DNA from: Dimorphilus gyrociliatus
Taxonomy: Eukaryota; Animalia; Annelida
Assembly (NCBI GenBank): GCA_904063045.1
Contig: CAJFCJ010000065.1
Span: forward strand, 117,311-162,924
Direction of reading: 5' to 3'
DNA: 45,614 nt
The position numbers and the translations under genes were made by a program. Shown piece after piece: positions 22,178-33,203 of the stretch. The number at the start of each line of letters is the position of its first letter. The stretch's first letter is position 1. Under the pieces are notes generated by a model. That model searched no databases and had not been told where the DNA came from. It worked only from the letters and a program-made list of their open reading frames with translations.

Positions 22178-25100
22178 GATATTAATAATAGAACAATTGA
22201 AGCTACTGGACTTTCCTATCCACTTGACTATCTTACAGATTACATGTTTTTAAAGAAAGAATATCTAAAATCCTTTGTTAATGACTACATATCGAATCAA
22301 CAACTCAATCGCGCCAAATGTCTAATTTACAAAATTTACAACAAATTTACGAAAGTAATTCCAACAACTTGTACAAATATTGAATATCATGAAATCATTT
22401 GTCAAAAAATACCAAATTTAAAAAAGAAACTTGACTATAATTTCTTTATGATTGAACTCGACCATTTTAATTGTTCATTGTATTTGTTTCTTTGCATTCG
22501 GACAAAAATTTGTATAAATGTAGTTTATGTTTGCGATGGAGAAAATGATTGTCCACTTGGAGAGGATGAAGAGAATTGTTCTGGTGTAATTGAACATGAA
22601 CAATTTCATTGTCATAATTCAAAGCAAACTATTCATCTTCATCTAGTTTGCGATTATAATTTTGATTGTATCGATCATTCCGACGAAGAATTTTGTCGTA
22701 AGATTTTTTTGTCAAATTTTACAAAAGAGCCTTAAGAGTTAAATTAATAAATATTTTTTGGCAATTTGGTGTTTTTCAGACAGGAAGTTGTACAAAAATG
22801 ATGAAATATTTGTATTAATATGAAACATATTAATAAATACAACAATGCGGCAATAAACAATGCATTAATGAAGGATTGTTGTGTAATAATGAAAGGAATT
22901 GTTTCGATACAACTGATGAAAAGTGTTTTGGCAGGGAAAGTCTTACAAATCAAGTGAAAGGTAAATGTTAATTGGCTTTAAAATGTTATTTTTTAGTTAT
23001 AACCCTAAAGCTTTAAGATTGTAAAAAGAGTCAAGTGTGTAATGAAATTGTCGATTGTCTCTTCGGTAGCGATGAACTTGTTTGTTCCGAAAAAGAAATT
23101 CAAAATAGACATTGTAAAACTGATACTCTTCTAAAGGTCTACTGCAACATTAACAATCAACAAAATGGCGGCCAACTCAAGAATTTTATTTCTAGATTTG
23201 TCTTTTAATAAATTACTTGAATTGTCAATAAAAGATTTTCAGTCTCTTATCTATTTAAGAATTTTAAATTTGAATTATTGTTCTTTTAAACACGTTACGA
23301 ATGGATTTTTAAATTTTCAAATAAATCTCGTTGAAATTTATTTACGTAATTCAATTGTGGACGATATTACAGAAAAAATCCGTTTGGATAGATTTGGAAA
23401 AATTGAGAAGATTGTTAGCAATAGTTTCAAATTGTGTTGTTTCGCTTGGAAATATCGTGGAAAACTGGTAGACTGTCGGCCGAATTTTTCAATATATTTC
23501 ACTTGTTCAACATTACTTAGTTCGCGAATGACAAGAATTGTTTCATGGACAATTGGAATAGCCGGTTTATTGGGCAATGGCGTCTCTCTTTTGCTAATTG
23601 TTTCCAGTGTAAAAGTATCAAAAAAATTCAGATTTCTTACATCATTTTCTGATCTTTTAACGTCGTTCTACGTCACTTCCGTGGCTGTAGCCGATTTTTA
23701 TTTTGGTACTGCTTACCTAGAAGCCGATTCGTTTTTGGAGAAGAAGTATCCAATGCCAAACATTGGAGATAGTCATGACTTTTTCATTAATTCTATCTTC
23801 TATTTCTATCCTATCAGTTGCCATAGAAAGGCATAAAGCTATTGTCTACCCGTTATCATTGTACAAGATTCCAATAGGAGATAGTTGGAAAATTGTATTA
23901 ATAGTACTCTTAATAAGTTTTCTTTTAGCAATAACACCTGTATTTTTATATCAAGTAGTTAAATCATAATGGAGAATTAGGCCTATACATTTCCAGAATT
24001 TTGTTGCAGAAATCTGAATCAACCGTTCCCATCTGTTTTAATATACATATTCGCAGCGATAGAACACAGGAATGGCTATATTCGTTTATAGTATTTGGTG
24101 TTTTTACCTTTGTAATTAACCTTTTCATTGCAATTTTGTATTTTCAAATACTTTACAAGTTTACATCGTCAATTAATGAATTCCAAGCTAATTTTAAAAA
24201 AAGACAGACAGTTGTTCTAACAAAAACAGTTTTTCTAATTGCGTTAACAATCCTTCTGTGCTGGCTCCCTCTATCGATTATAGGAAACTTGGGAATATTT
24301 TCTAAACTTCACTTTCAAAATGACGTCTACAGTATCATTGTAATTTTAATTGTTCCAATAAACTCCCTTTTAAATCCAACTATTTATTCATCCAATGAGC
24401 TCGTTTCTTTCATTAAAGAACATCAAAAATCCCGAAAGGAAAATTTGTTTGTCTTCAAACTTTTTACCAGTTTTTTAAACACTTAACCCCATTTTAAAAC
24501 CACTTTCAGTTATTCAGCTTTACAAACAGCGAAAGATGACACTCTAGCAGACGGTTTGTCAAAAATTCATATGAATAACCTCTGACATTTCTTTTAAAAC
24601 GAACAGCTATAAAAATGTTGGCAGTTTCCATTTCTTAACCCAAAATGCTGCCTTCAAATATCCTACTTGGGGCCGTTTTCTGTTGATCCCAATTGTTACA
24701 CTACTCATTGATATTGCACAAGTCAATTATTGTTATTTATCTTCTTAGGAAAAGGAAAAGAAAGATTATTTTATCGTTTGTTCTCAATTTCAAACTTTAA
24801 ATGAAGAGAATGAAAAAAATGATTTGCTACAATTTGGAAATAATATTAGGAAAATTCTACAAAAAAAGAAAATGATGGAATAGTAAAACCATAAATTCAA
24901 TACAAAAACACACCAATATTTTTCCAGATATTTTGATACCAGTTATCATTAACATTTCAAAGATTTAACAAATATCTTCTTTAGTCAATAGTTAATAACT
25001 TTTTGTGAATATTTCTCAATAAAAAATTCGTTTTGACATATAAAAATCTAGAGATTCAATTTCTTTATGATATTCTGACCATAAATCATTTTTTAAATAA

Positions 25101-25228
25101 TTAATATCCAGTAAATTATTTAAACTTGTCAAAAACTTCATCAATGCCAAGGATTGGGAAAGTTTGTCAACACTCTTGCATGTTTGTAAATCTTTTCTTT
25201 TTAACTTTTTGATATCATTTATAAAGTT

Positions 25229-25936
25229 TCAACAAAAAGCCAAAATAGTTGAAATCGGTGTACCAGTATTAGTATATGTACCAAACTTGAAAACTCTATC
25301 CCAATCAATAGCAAAGTTAGGTTTTACATGATGAATGATGCTTGTGCTTCCAACTGGAATTTGGTTTAAACATGTTTGAATTATTGGTAATTGTCTTGTC
25401 CAATCTGTCAATAGTTCCATAAGCAGATGTTTATGTAGTGCTTTGAATATTTCCAAATTCTCTCTTTTCTACCATTTCATTAGTTTGGCTGTGAAATGCT
25501 GTTTTTTTTATTTTTCTTATTCGGATTGATGATACAATTTCTGTAAAAATTTCCTCAAGAAAATTCCTTCCTTGATCTGCAAGAATTTCTTCTGGGATAC
25601 AAAATATTGGGAAATTTCTTCAGCTCATCAGGGTCTAATAACCTACACCTACAGAGAGGTTGAAGATTTCCAATAGGGAATTCTCTTCTACAGGTTTTAT
25701 TCAACTTGGGTAGGATCAAGGTTTGCCATACCTTCAGGAATTGTGGCTGCCCCAGTTAATGAATGGTATTTCAAAAAGCTATTACCGTCACCTTTGGCTC
25801 CACTACCTTTAATTTTCAACATTAATTCATTTATTTTAGAGAGATACTCATCTATTTCTTTTGCTCTGATTTTGTCACATTCATAAACCAAAATATTATT
25901 CCTTAAAGTTGAATTATGGACTGTCAGCTGCTCCAT
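25229..25936 (-). mobile_element. Gypsy-type LTR retrotransposon remnant (integrase core)
   Basis: FCIPEEILADQGRNF at ~25561-25610 matches the integrase FG.P..I.SDQG..F motif. Downstream LKALHKHL..DWTRQLPIIQTCLN matches the post-catalytic W...LP..Q...N helix. Broken frames. Confidence 0.7.
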
Positions 25937-25962
25937 ATTTGTACTTCTTTCTGAAGTATTAA

Positions 25963-26144
25963 AAGCTAACTCTACGAAATAAAAGTCTTTCCAAAGTTGG
26001 ACAATTCTAATTCCTTCGAAATAGAAGTCTTTCTAATGTACCTTCATATCTAAATTCTAAATATTGGGACGTCATGAAAAATGTCCATAGAATTTCTGAA
26101 AATGACCCCCTAAATAATGATATATCATTATATCTAAGTGCACA
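25963..26144. repeat. Dispersed repeat, copy 1 (possibly part of an LTR)
   Basis: aagctaactctacgaaataaaagtctttc...aaatagaagtctttctaatgtacc...gatatatcattatatctaagtgcaca recurs at 28816-28986. It lies directly 5' of the gypsy remnant, next to a TGG-starting PBS-like motif (minus strand, ~25925-25935). Confidence 0.7.
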
Positions 26145-26856
26145 GTAACCCTAACCACGTTGAGCAATGCTTGACTGTTAGCTATAAAAGCACAGCCGAG
26201 TCTGCTCGTGAGCTTGACAGAAAATTAAAATTTAGACAGATTGCTAACACAGTACATCTGTATACATATTTATTTACAAATTAAATATACTAAAACCTCA
26301 CAAGGTGGTGTTATCACACTTTATATCAGATTGATTGTTTTCAAAATCACTATCTGATGATAACATAAGGTCCATAAAAAGGAGTTTAGAAAAGCTCTAA
26401 TACATAAATAATTTATGATTTGATAGTTAAATACTTAATTATCGCTCTGAATGATATAAGATTTTATCATAAACTTTATATAAAGGTAGAAAAACAATTT
26501 CATTCTGGCAACGGAATGTTGAATGTGGTTTCAAACTACTGCAATTGATTTCATCATCCGTTTTATCCCCTAAAGTTCTCTTTAAATGTTCATTTTTTCT
26601 GACAATTCCCATTTTACTCTTTGACTAATAACTAGTTTCACTAAAGAATAGTAGGCAAGTTTCTTTCAATGTTTGGCACAACTACCTGAATATTTAATTA
26701 TAAAACAAAAGTCAGCCTGTTTGATCTAATTATTGGATGAACAATCAATGCGTTGACCATTTATAGAGAGTTTATTGGACTGTTTGATTATCTTGGCACT
26801 CTGCCAAATATCAAACAACAAAAAAAAGTTTAATATATTTATAGGTGAATAGTACT

Positions 26857-27831
26857 TTACATTTTAATTTCACAGAGTTCAAATCCATTTTGCATTTCAT
26901 TCCATAAAAATGCAACAACTTCTCTTGCTGTGTTACTACATTGGAATTGTAATTTCTGTATTTCTTTACACACTGTCATTTGAGTTAGCCCTCTCTTTTC
27001 GTAAACAACAGCTTTAAGAGTATCATTAAATGTACTATACATTTTCAGAATATCTCTATATTGAATACGAATTAAAATGGAAGGAGATTGAAATTGTATG
27101 CAAGAGTGTTCATCATCATCTAATAAAAGAAGAGTGTTCTTAGAGCATCCATTCCATGATAAAAATTCAATAGTAGGTGGAGTAGCACACACCAATGGGC
27201 CTATATAATGTTTTGCAAATTCATTATCACCATCAATATCACCATATCTAGTGCGAACTAAAGGTAATCTTTTTGGTAAAACAGCAATTTTACCGGAAAT
27301 GTTGAAATTCTGACTATAATCATTTGGTCCAGTATGGTGACAAGTTGCATTAGAATCATTGTTTTCAATACAAGTTGTTGTGATTAAACATCTACAAATG
27401 CCATCTTGAAATTCATTTAATTTAAACTCTGTATTATCTATAAATTTAAAAGACAAGTGGTTCTGATGCGTGTTTTCTCCTATAAAATGCATTTTTTGTG
27501 AACAAATTCCAGAATATTTTAAGAGTGTTTTCAATTCTTCAGTAGGTAAATTTCCATATCTTATACTAAGAATTAGATGAGTTTCAGATTTAAGCATTTT
27601 ATACTGCTCAACATCATTATCAATTTGTGTTATATATTCATTATTTGTATTCAGTGAGCATAAAATGCTTGCAATTGCTCCATTGGGCATACACTGAATT
27701 TTGTAGATTGATTTAACATAATTGTTTCTCAGTAATGCTTCTTCACAATTTTTATAAACACCATCACCTTTCATAGAGACAATTAACATATAAACTGGTA
27801 GAATATCTCTTAATGTCCACAAATGTTTCAT
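26857..27831 (-). CDS. Intronless, probably secreted protein: CASPR/neurexin-IV-type fibrinogen-like domain plus a degenerate F-type-lectin-like C-terminal domain
   Basis: KNCEEAL...SIRYG...LKTLLKYSGICSQ...CRC...C...C...LP..RYGD......YIGPLVC follows the CASPR fibrinogen-like pattern (SCE..Y..L..L...S..C.Q..CAC..C..C..LPV..FGD..LGPL.C). The C-terminus has LLDDDEHSC and FELCEIKM, resembling the F-lectin DG...C and L.LCEV motifs. Confidence 0.7.
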   Translation of the reverse strand: MKHLWTLRDILPVYMLIVSMKGDGVYKNCEEALLRNNYVKSIYKIQCMPNGAIASILCSLNTNNEYITQIDNDVEQYKMLKSETHLILSIRYGNLPTEELKTLLKYSGICSQKMHFIGENTHQNHLSFKFIDNTEFKLNEFQDGICRCLITTTCIENNDSNATCHHTGPNDYSQNFNISGKIAVLPKRLPLVRTRYGDIDGDNEFAKHYIGPLVCATPPTIEFLSWNGCSKNTLLLLDDDEHSCIQFQSPSILIRIQYRDILKMYSTFNDTLKAVVYEKRGLTQMTVCKEIQKLQFQCSNTAREVVAFLWNEMQNGFELCEIKM

Positions 27832-27868
27832 CTTTTTAGGTGAAAAAACTTAATTTCATTGATATTTA

Positions 27869-27893
27869 AGAGAGAGAGAGAGAGAGAGAGAGA
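27869..27893. repeat. (GA)n microsatellite
   Basis: About 12 perfect AG units read directly, just upstream of the 27831 ATG. Confidence 0.95.
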
Positions 27894-28584
27894 ATCCAAA
27901 GGAATAAGGCTGTCTTCCGCTGTTGAATAATGAAACAAATGGTCAATATGCTCTTTAATAAATGCATAGAATCAGAACTTAATATCTCACTTGTAAATCA
28001 TGTAAAACATGATAAAATATTCCTCTGGTTAAGACTATTTAAGGATTTGTTTGTTTGCTGTCAAGTAACTGAACCAGTTATTGACAATTTTGGGAGAAAG
28101 AAATGCCACTACAATGAATGCAAAGACTATCTAACTACAAACAAACACTGGTATGTAGTTGATGCTCTTGTCTGCTCAAAGTTACCAAATCTTGTCATTA
28201 TGCCATCTACAATTGTTTAATATATGTCTATTGAGTAATGGCTCCATTTTTTAGAAAAGGTCTATTTGATTATCTCAAGAAAAGAAAAACAAATGAAAAA
28301 CAGTTATTTATTTATAGCTTCTTTAATCATGCAATTGAAACTTTTGTAAGCTGCTTGAATATTATTGGCTTATAAGAAATATTGATTTATTGTTAATATA
28401 TACATTTTATTATATATGCATATAGCTCAGTTCTTTTCTGCAAATCTTTATTAGATTATTATGACCTATTTAATTTTTGATCATTTGGTATGGTTGCCAA
28501 TATTTCCTCATTGTTTAATGGGTTTATTGCCTTTTTAAAAGTGTATAAAGTATGCATGTACCATAGGAAAAATATTTAAACTAT

Positions 28585-28710
28585 TGATTTGTAATGAGGT
28601 GGGTCCAAACTTAGGGTTAGGAACAATGATGTGCTTAAAACAGGATCCAGGGCTGGGTTAGGGTTAGGGTAAAACTATAAAAATGTGGACGTTTTAAACA
28701 ATATCCCATA
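28585..28710 (+). repeat. Copy of the dispersed TTAGGG-containing repeat family
   Basis: gtaatgaggtgggtccaaacttagggttaggaacaatgatgtgcttaaaacagg...gggctgggttagggttagggtaaaac is homologous to 8503-8560 (inverted) and 11160-11255. Confidence 0.7.
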
Positions 28711-28815
28711 GAAATGAATCTTCCGAATCTGTTTTTGAATAAGATGCAACAAATTTAACATGCATTTTTTCTATATTGCTTGTTCCTTTGTTAATTCTAT
28801 AGTGGTAAGCTATAT

Positions 28816-28986
28816 AAGCTAACTCTACAAAATAAAAGTCTTTCTAAAATTCCACCATTATAATTGGTACGAAACACAAGTATTTCTATAGTTGGACCAT
28901 TGTAATTCCTATGAAATAGAAGTCTTTCTAATGTACCCTTATACCTAAAGTCTAAGTATTGATATATCATTATATCTAACTGCACA
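28816..28986. repeat. Dispersed repeat, copy 2 (possibly a solo-LTR fragment)
   Basis: Direct homology to 25963-26144, with indels. Confidence 0.7.
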
Positions 28987-29099
28987 TTTACCATATCAAT
29001 ATCCTCACTGACAATCTCCAGTTTTTATTTTACACAGGATTTTGTTACCATCTTATTATCTTCAAATACAATTGTTGGTTTTGAATTTGGATTATAGAT

Positions 29100-29190
29100 A
29101 ATATTTGGTCACCAAAGCAGTGGTCAGTGTATCAAAATGCAATTAGAACTAACAATGATAAGGAAGAATTCTATAATTGATTAAATGGAA
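29100..29190 (+). mobile_element. MULE transposase C-terminal fragment
   Basis: NIWSPKQWSVYQNAIRTNNDKEEFYN*LN aligns with NIWKPENWSVYKLIVRTNNHVESWHTRIN of the intact element. Confidence 0.75.
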
Positions 29191-29736
29191 TCTTAAGAGC
29201 AAATTCCTCAGATTAATAATATTAATCTTAACTGTTGGTGCCATAAACTTTTACATACCAATTTCAAAACTTTACAACAACTTCTAATATTTTATAATTT
29301 CTGATCTATCATTGTTTTTTCATTATATCAAGTGTACTAATCATAGTACATTTTTTTTACCAAATCAATATCTCCACAACCAGTTGGCCGATTTTGATGA
29401 AATTTGAAGCAAAACAAATTGCAGAAAGAAATACTTTCTATTAAAAACACATTCAATTAATTAAAATCAATATTTCTCATGGAAAAAAATTAATTTCTAT
29501 AATTAATTATATAAGGAAATTATAGTTCAATAAGCATAAAAGATATTTAAATTCTATAAAAATATTTATAAACAGCATACCAACATTAGTCAATGAACAA
29601 AATTTGAAATATTAGCTAGAATTGCTAGAAGAAGATTGCTACTCTTTCTGCTTGGAGGCTAGTATTACAAACTATCTACCCTGCTATTGAACTTTCCTTT
29701 TACATAAAAAAAGAAAAGAAAATTTCATTTTATTTA

Positions 29737-30186
29737 TCAATAGCTGTCAAGAAACCTTGCAATTCGATGCATTCTTTCCCAAAACGCCTTTACCGCATAA
29801 AGTTTTTGGAGTTTTGATCTTAATTCAAGACAACAGTTGTTTGGATTGACAATTTCCATTTTCCTTGGGAAAAGCATATAAGCATTCTGTCCATAAGCCG
29901 CAGGATATTTAGAAGGAAAAAATGCTGAAGAAGTATGATATACATATAACTTCAAGTTGGGATATATTACAGATAAAGTCACCGAGCATACCCTGGAATG
30001 CACACATGGTAAAGCAAAACTGAGCGAGAAGCAAGAAGGGTAATTCTTTACTAACCGAATGGGCCTCTTTCCATTTATCTGTCCTCGGCCAGTGCAGTTG
30101 GTGATCATATCGCCTAAGTTTGGCATGCTTCTCTTCCTGTTAAAGAAGATGTATCGGCTGAAATGGGCAGGAAATACATCTTCCAG
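29737..30186 (-). CDS. Unassigned terminal-exon-like ORF (~150 codons)
   Basis: Open frame from an AG acceptor at 30186 to a stop at 29737. Noticeably higher GC than the flanks. No recognisable domain. Confidence 0.35.
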   Translation of the reverse strand: MEDVFPAHFSRYIFFNRKRSMPNLGDMITNCTGRGQINGKRPIRLVKNYPSCFSLSFALPCVHSRVCSVTLSVIYPNLKLYVYHTSSAFFPSKYPAAYGQNAYMLFPRKMEIVNPNNCCLELRSKLQKLYAVKAFWERMHRIARFLDSY

Positions 30187-30965
30187 CTAGATAATATTTG
30201 TATGAAAATAACCTTTAGAAATATTTTTAAGGAATATTATTTTTATTGTATTTCATTATTCATTCTCTCCATATTCCCCATTTTTGTATGTATTCACAAT
30301 AGATTTTTGTATTGATCATACCATTGATTTTCTACTTTTCTTAAGTAGTGTTAACACTAAAGTATATTTTATTATAATAAAATGACCTATTTAACAATAT
30401 TATTGTAAATACTGATTGTTTGGAGAATACCTATAAGTGGCACACCCATAACACTAACTGCTAGCCATTTGATGTTCAGCCGATGGGATGTGACACAGTT
30501 GCGAAATATTTCATAAAAATTAATTTATTCAGTACAAAATTGTAAATAGATAAGAGTAGAATATTTTCATTTATGGATATATTTTGAAAATCATTACCTA
30601 TGGCTTATAAGGTGAAAATAAACTGGTTGTGCCAGTTAAAGCTGTAAGGCTCATTCTAATGATTGATGATACAAATTTCCAATGTATAACTCCTAATTTA
30701 CAATGAAAGACTATGGCATTTTTAAATTGACTAATATTTTTAATACTACAACAGCACAATTACTTATCTACACATATCATTGGACAAATACATTTTAAAA
30801 TCATCCATTCAAACCCGGCCAACACTTATAACAACCAAAAAATTTATGCAAAGAGTGATTCAATTACAGTGTGACTTCTCTTCTCTTACTTCAATGTCAT
30901 ATTGTATTAAGTGGAGCTATCTTCTTGAATGATCAAAATGGTTAGGGTTGTTTGCAACAGTTTCT

Positions 30966-31748
30966 TTATAGACTTAAATATTCAAAGAATCTATTTAAAG
31001 TCAGACTACAAAGCAAAGGAAGTAAGATAAGACTAGCTAGAAATTTAGCTGTTGCTCCATTGTTTTTGGAACCTAATTCATAGGAAAAAATATTTATACA
31101 GTATATATATTACATTAAGGTTAAAGCTATATCTTACATTTGTGAAATGCTATTTCTGACTGTTTTTTAATGAATCCTCTATATCCATTACAATTTTTGA
31201 ATGCTGTTGCAGTAGCATTATAAAATTGGCAAAATTCCCCTCTGACAAACCATTTACCTTTAACAAAGTCCTTTGACAAGCTATAACACAAAAAATACAA
31301 AAAAAAGTCAGTTGTAGATTATATGTTTACCAGTGAAAAACATGCCTGAGTTACAGGTGTCATGTACATGTTTCAACATGTCATAAAGTTCGTATACAAT
31401 GCATAAATTTGAATTAATTCTTGTAAGACACTGAACATATTTTCTTCTAATTGAACAATACTTTGCACCATTAAATGAATATCTGATGTATCCATAATCT
31501 AGACGGAAAATGTTGTTACATTTATCAATCTCTGCCTTACAAAAAGCATATCCTGATCTTGAAAGGTCGTTATCACTGACAGGAAATTGGGAAACATTAC
31601 TCATAGCTTGTTCAAGTTTTTCCAATTTTGAAAAGTGAAGTAGTGTAAAAGCTATTAAAGCATAATTATTAAAATGTAAACAAGATTTCTACTATCTCTA
31701 CCAATTTTGTTATAACTTACCAATTAAGATAAATGAGTAGAGAATCAT
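30966..31748 (-). CDS. Small Cys-rich, probably GPI-anchored surface protein (4 exons)
   Basis: Exon 1 MILYSFILI(G)|gtaagt splices in phase to AFTLLHFSKLE...FCKAEIDKC...YCSIRRKYVQC...C...TC. Exon 3 gives ACQRTLLK...(FCQFY...C...C) with a -1 G in a G-run (~31240). Last exon CSKNNGATAKFLASLILLPLLCSL* has small residues followed by a hydrophobic tail. Confidence 0.65.
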
Positions 31749-31837
31749 TCTTTAATTCTTGTAGGTTTAATACAGTTTTGAACATTTTACAAGTTTATAT
31801 ACCCTCCACCACAAGAACATAACTAATAACATATATA

Positions 31838-33164
31838 TTAGGTATGAATGAAAAGTTTCAGTCACTGTGCTGTAATTTTAAAACGGCTTAACTAATATCA
31901 TTGATACTTTCCAATAATCTTAGGAAATTAGTAAACTTTCACTGTGCAAACTTTCATTCGATTCTGTTGAGGCATTACAAATTTATTTTGGTATAAGCAA
32001 CTGCAAGTCATGTGCACACGTTCCGATCAACGACCAATCATAGCATTTTTAGTGCATGAGAAGGTGTCTGTGAGACAAATTTATAAGTGGTTAAAAAGCT
32101 TTTGTGGGGATGAAACTCTGAGTGAAAGTTCAATAAGGAGGTGGGTATCTGACATAAAAAAGGAAGAAAAAATTTTGAAGATTTGGCAAGATCTGGTCAT
32201 CCAAGCACAACTGTAACAGGTCAGAATAGAGAAGAAATTGACAGGCTTATCAGAGAAGATCGGACCATTTCTCAGAGAGCAATCGCCCAACAAATAGAAA
32301 TTTGTCAACAGACTGTAGGGAAAATTATAAAGGAGCTAGGATACAGAAAGATCTGTGCAAAATGGATTCCTTATGCTCTCAATCTGGACCAGAAGCTGGT
32401 GAAGGTGAGTCATTGTATGGAGCTACTTGAAAGATACATGGCAGAAGGAAGAGACTTTTTAGAAAAAATTGTGACTGGAGATGAAACCTGGGTACACCTC
32501 TATGATCCACAATCTAAAAGGTCTTCTTTTACTTATAAACACACATCATCTCCACCTGACAAGAAGCTTAGAATGGCCAAGTCAGCAGAAAAACTGATGT
32601 GCTCAGTTTTTTGGGACTATTCTGGTTTAGTCCACATTGAATTCATGGAGTATGGAGAAGTAGTCAACTCAATACAATATGTTCAGACCCTAAAGAGACT
32701 AAGGAAGAGGTTGCATAGAATTAGACCTGGAAAACAAATGATACTACAGCATGATAATGCAAGACCGCATACAAGTCTCTACACAACAGATTTCATAAGA
32801 GATCAAGGGTGGTCATTATGCCCTCACCCAGCCTACAGTCCTGATTTGGCTCCCTCTGACTATTATCTTTTTGGGAGATTGAAGGACCATATCAGAGGAT
32901 CCCATTATGACAATTTGGAGGAATTGAAGACAGATGTCAAAGATTTTCTGAGGAGAAAGCCAACCTCGTTTTACCGGAACGGCATCACTCTACTTCCTAG
33001 CAAATGGCAGGCTTGTATAGAAAAAGGAGGGGACTATTGAAAAATTAAATTATCAATATTTGTAGCATATACTTTAGGCTTTAACATACACAAAAATTAA
33101 CCACATTCATCAAATATTTCTAACAAAAAACACACAGTGACTGAAACTTTTCATTCGTACCTAA
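31838..33164 (+). mobile_element. Full-length mariner (Tc1/mariner, DD34D) element, 1327 bp, one frameshift
   Basis: 32 bp TIRs with 1 mismatch (ttaggtatgaatgaaaagtttcagtcactgtg) and TA on both sides. Transposase 32010-33040 has WIPYAL, VTGDETW, QHDNARPH and AYSPDLAPSDYYLF. A single missing G at ~32163 splits KKG-RKNFEDL. Confidence 0.95.
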
Positions 33165-33183
33165 TACTAGGTGGCTACCCTTG

Positions 33184-33203
33184 CACTAGCGCCATCTGTT
33201 TTG
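33184..33203 (-). promoter_or_regulatory. Candidate CTCF-type motif (CAGATGGCGCTAGTG)
   Basis: Plus strand cactagcgccatctgtt matches the core of the bilaterian CTCF consensus. The 5' CCAC part is not matched. Confidence 0.35.

Larger units (their letters stand above)
18025..24486 (+). pseudogene. GRL101/LGR-like GPCR paralog C (SRCR-like - CTL-like - LDLa - LRR - 7TM), interrupted by a MULE and carrying frameshifts
   Basis: N-terminus PCHRFFGG...FHLDIFEENQVFSLGLL aligns to paralog B PYCQYFKG...FFLEKIEENEYFSYGIL, and GLCLKCF matches LMCLKCF. SRCR-like NIICSKFGF. CTL-like CTGKDVLSFRNICYKFF...SAFC. LDLa exon 22244-22700, LRR/hinge LCCFAWKY, TM3 AIERH, TM7 VPINSLLNPTIYS. One extra T at ~23733 breaks SF-WRRSIQC. 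No signal-peptide exon was found. Confidence 0.8.

Noticed and set aside
24520-24575. KDDTLADGLSKI resembling the retroviral RNase H N.VAD.LSR motif
   Set aside because: Isolated short match just past the receptor C stop; could equally be a frameshifted C-tail or chance.
27930-28220. 96 aa plus-strand ORF with several Cys/His
   Set aside because: No recognisable motif, splice signals or homolog in the window.
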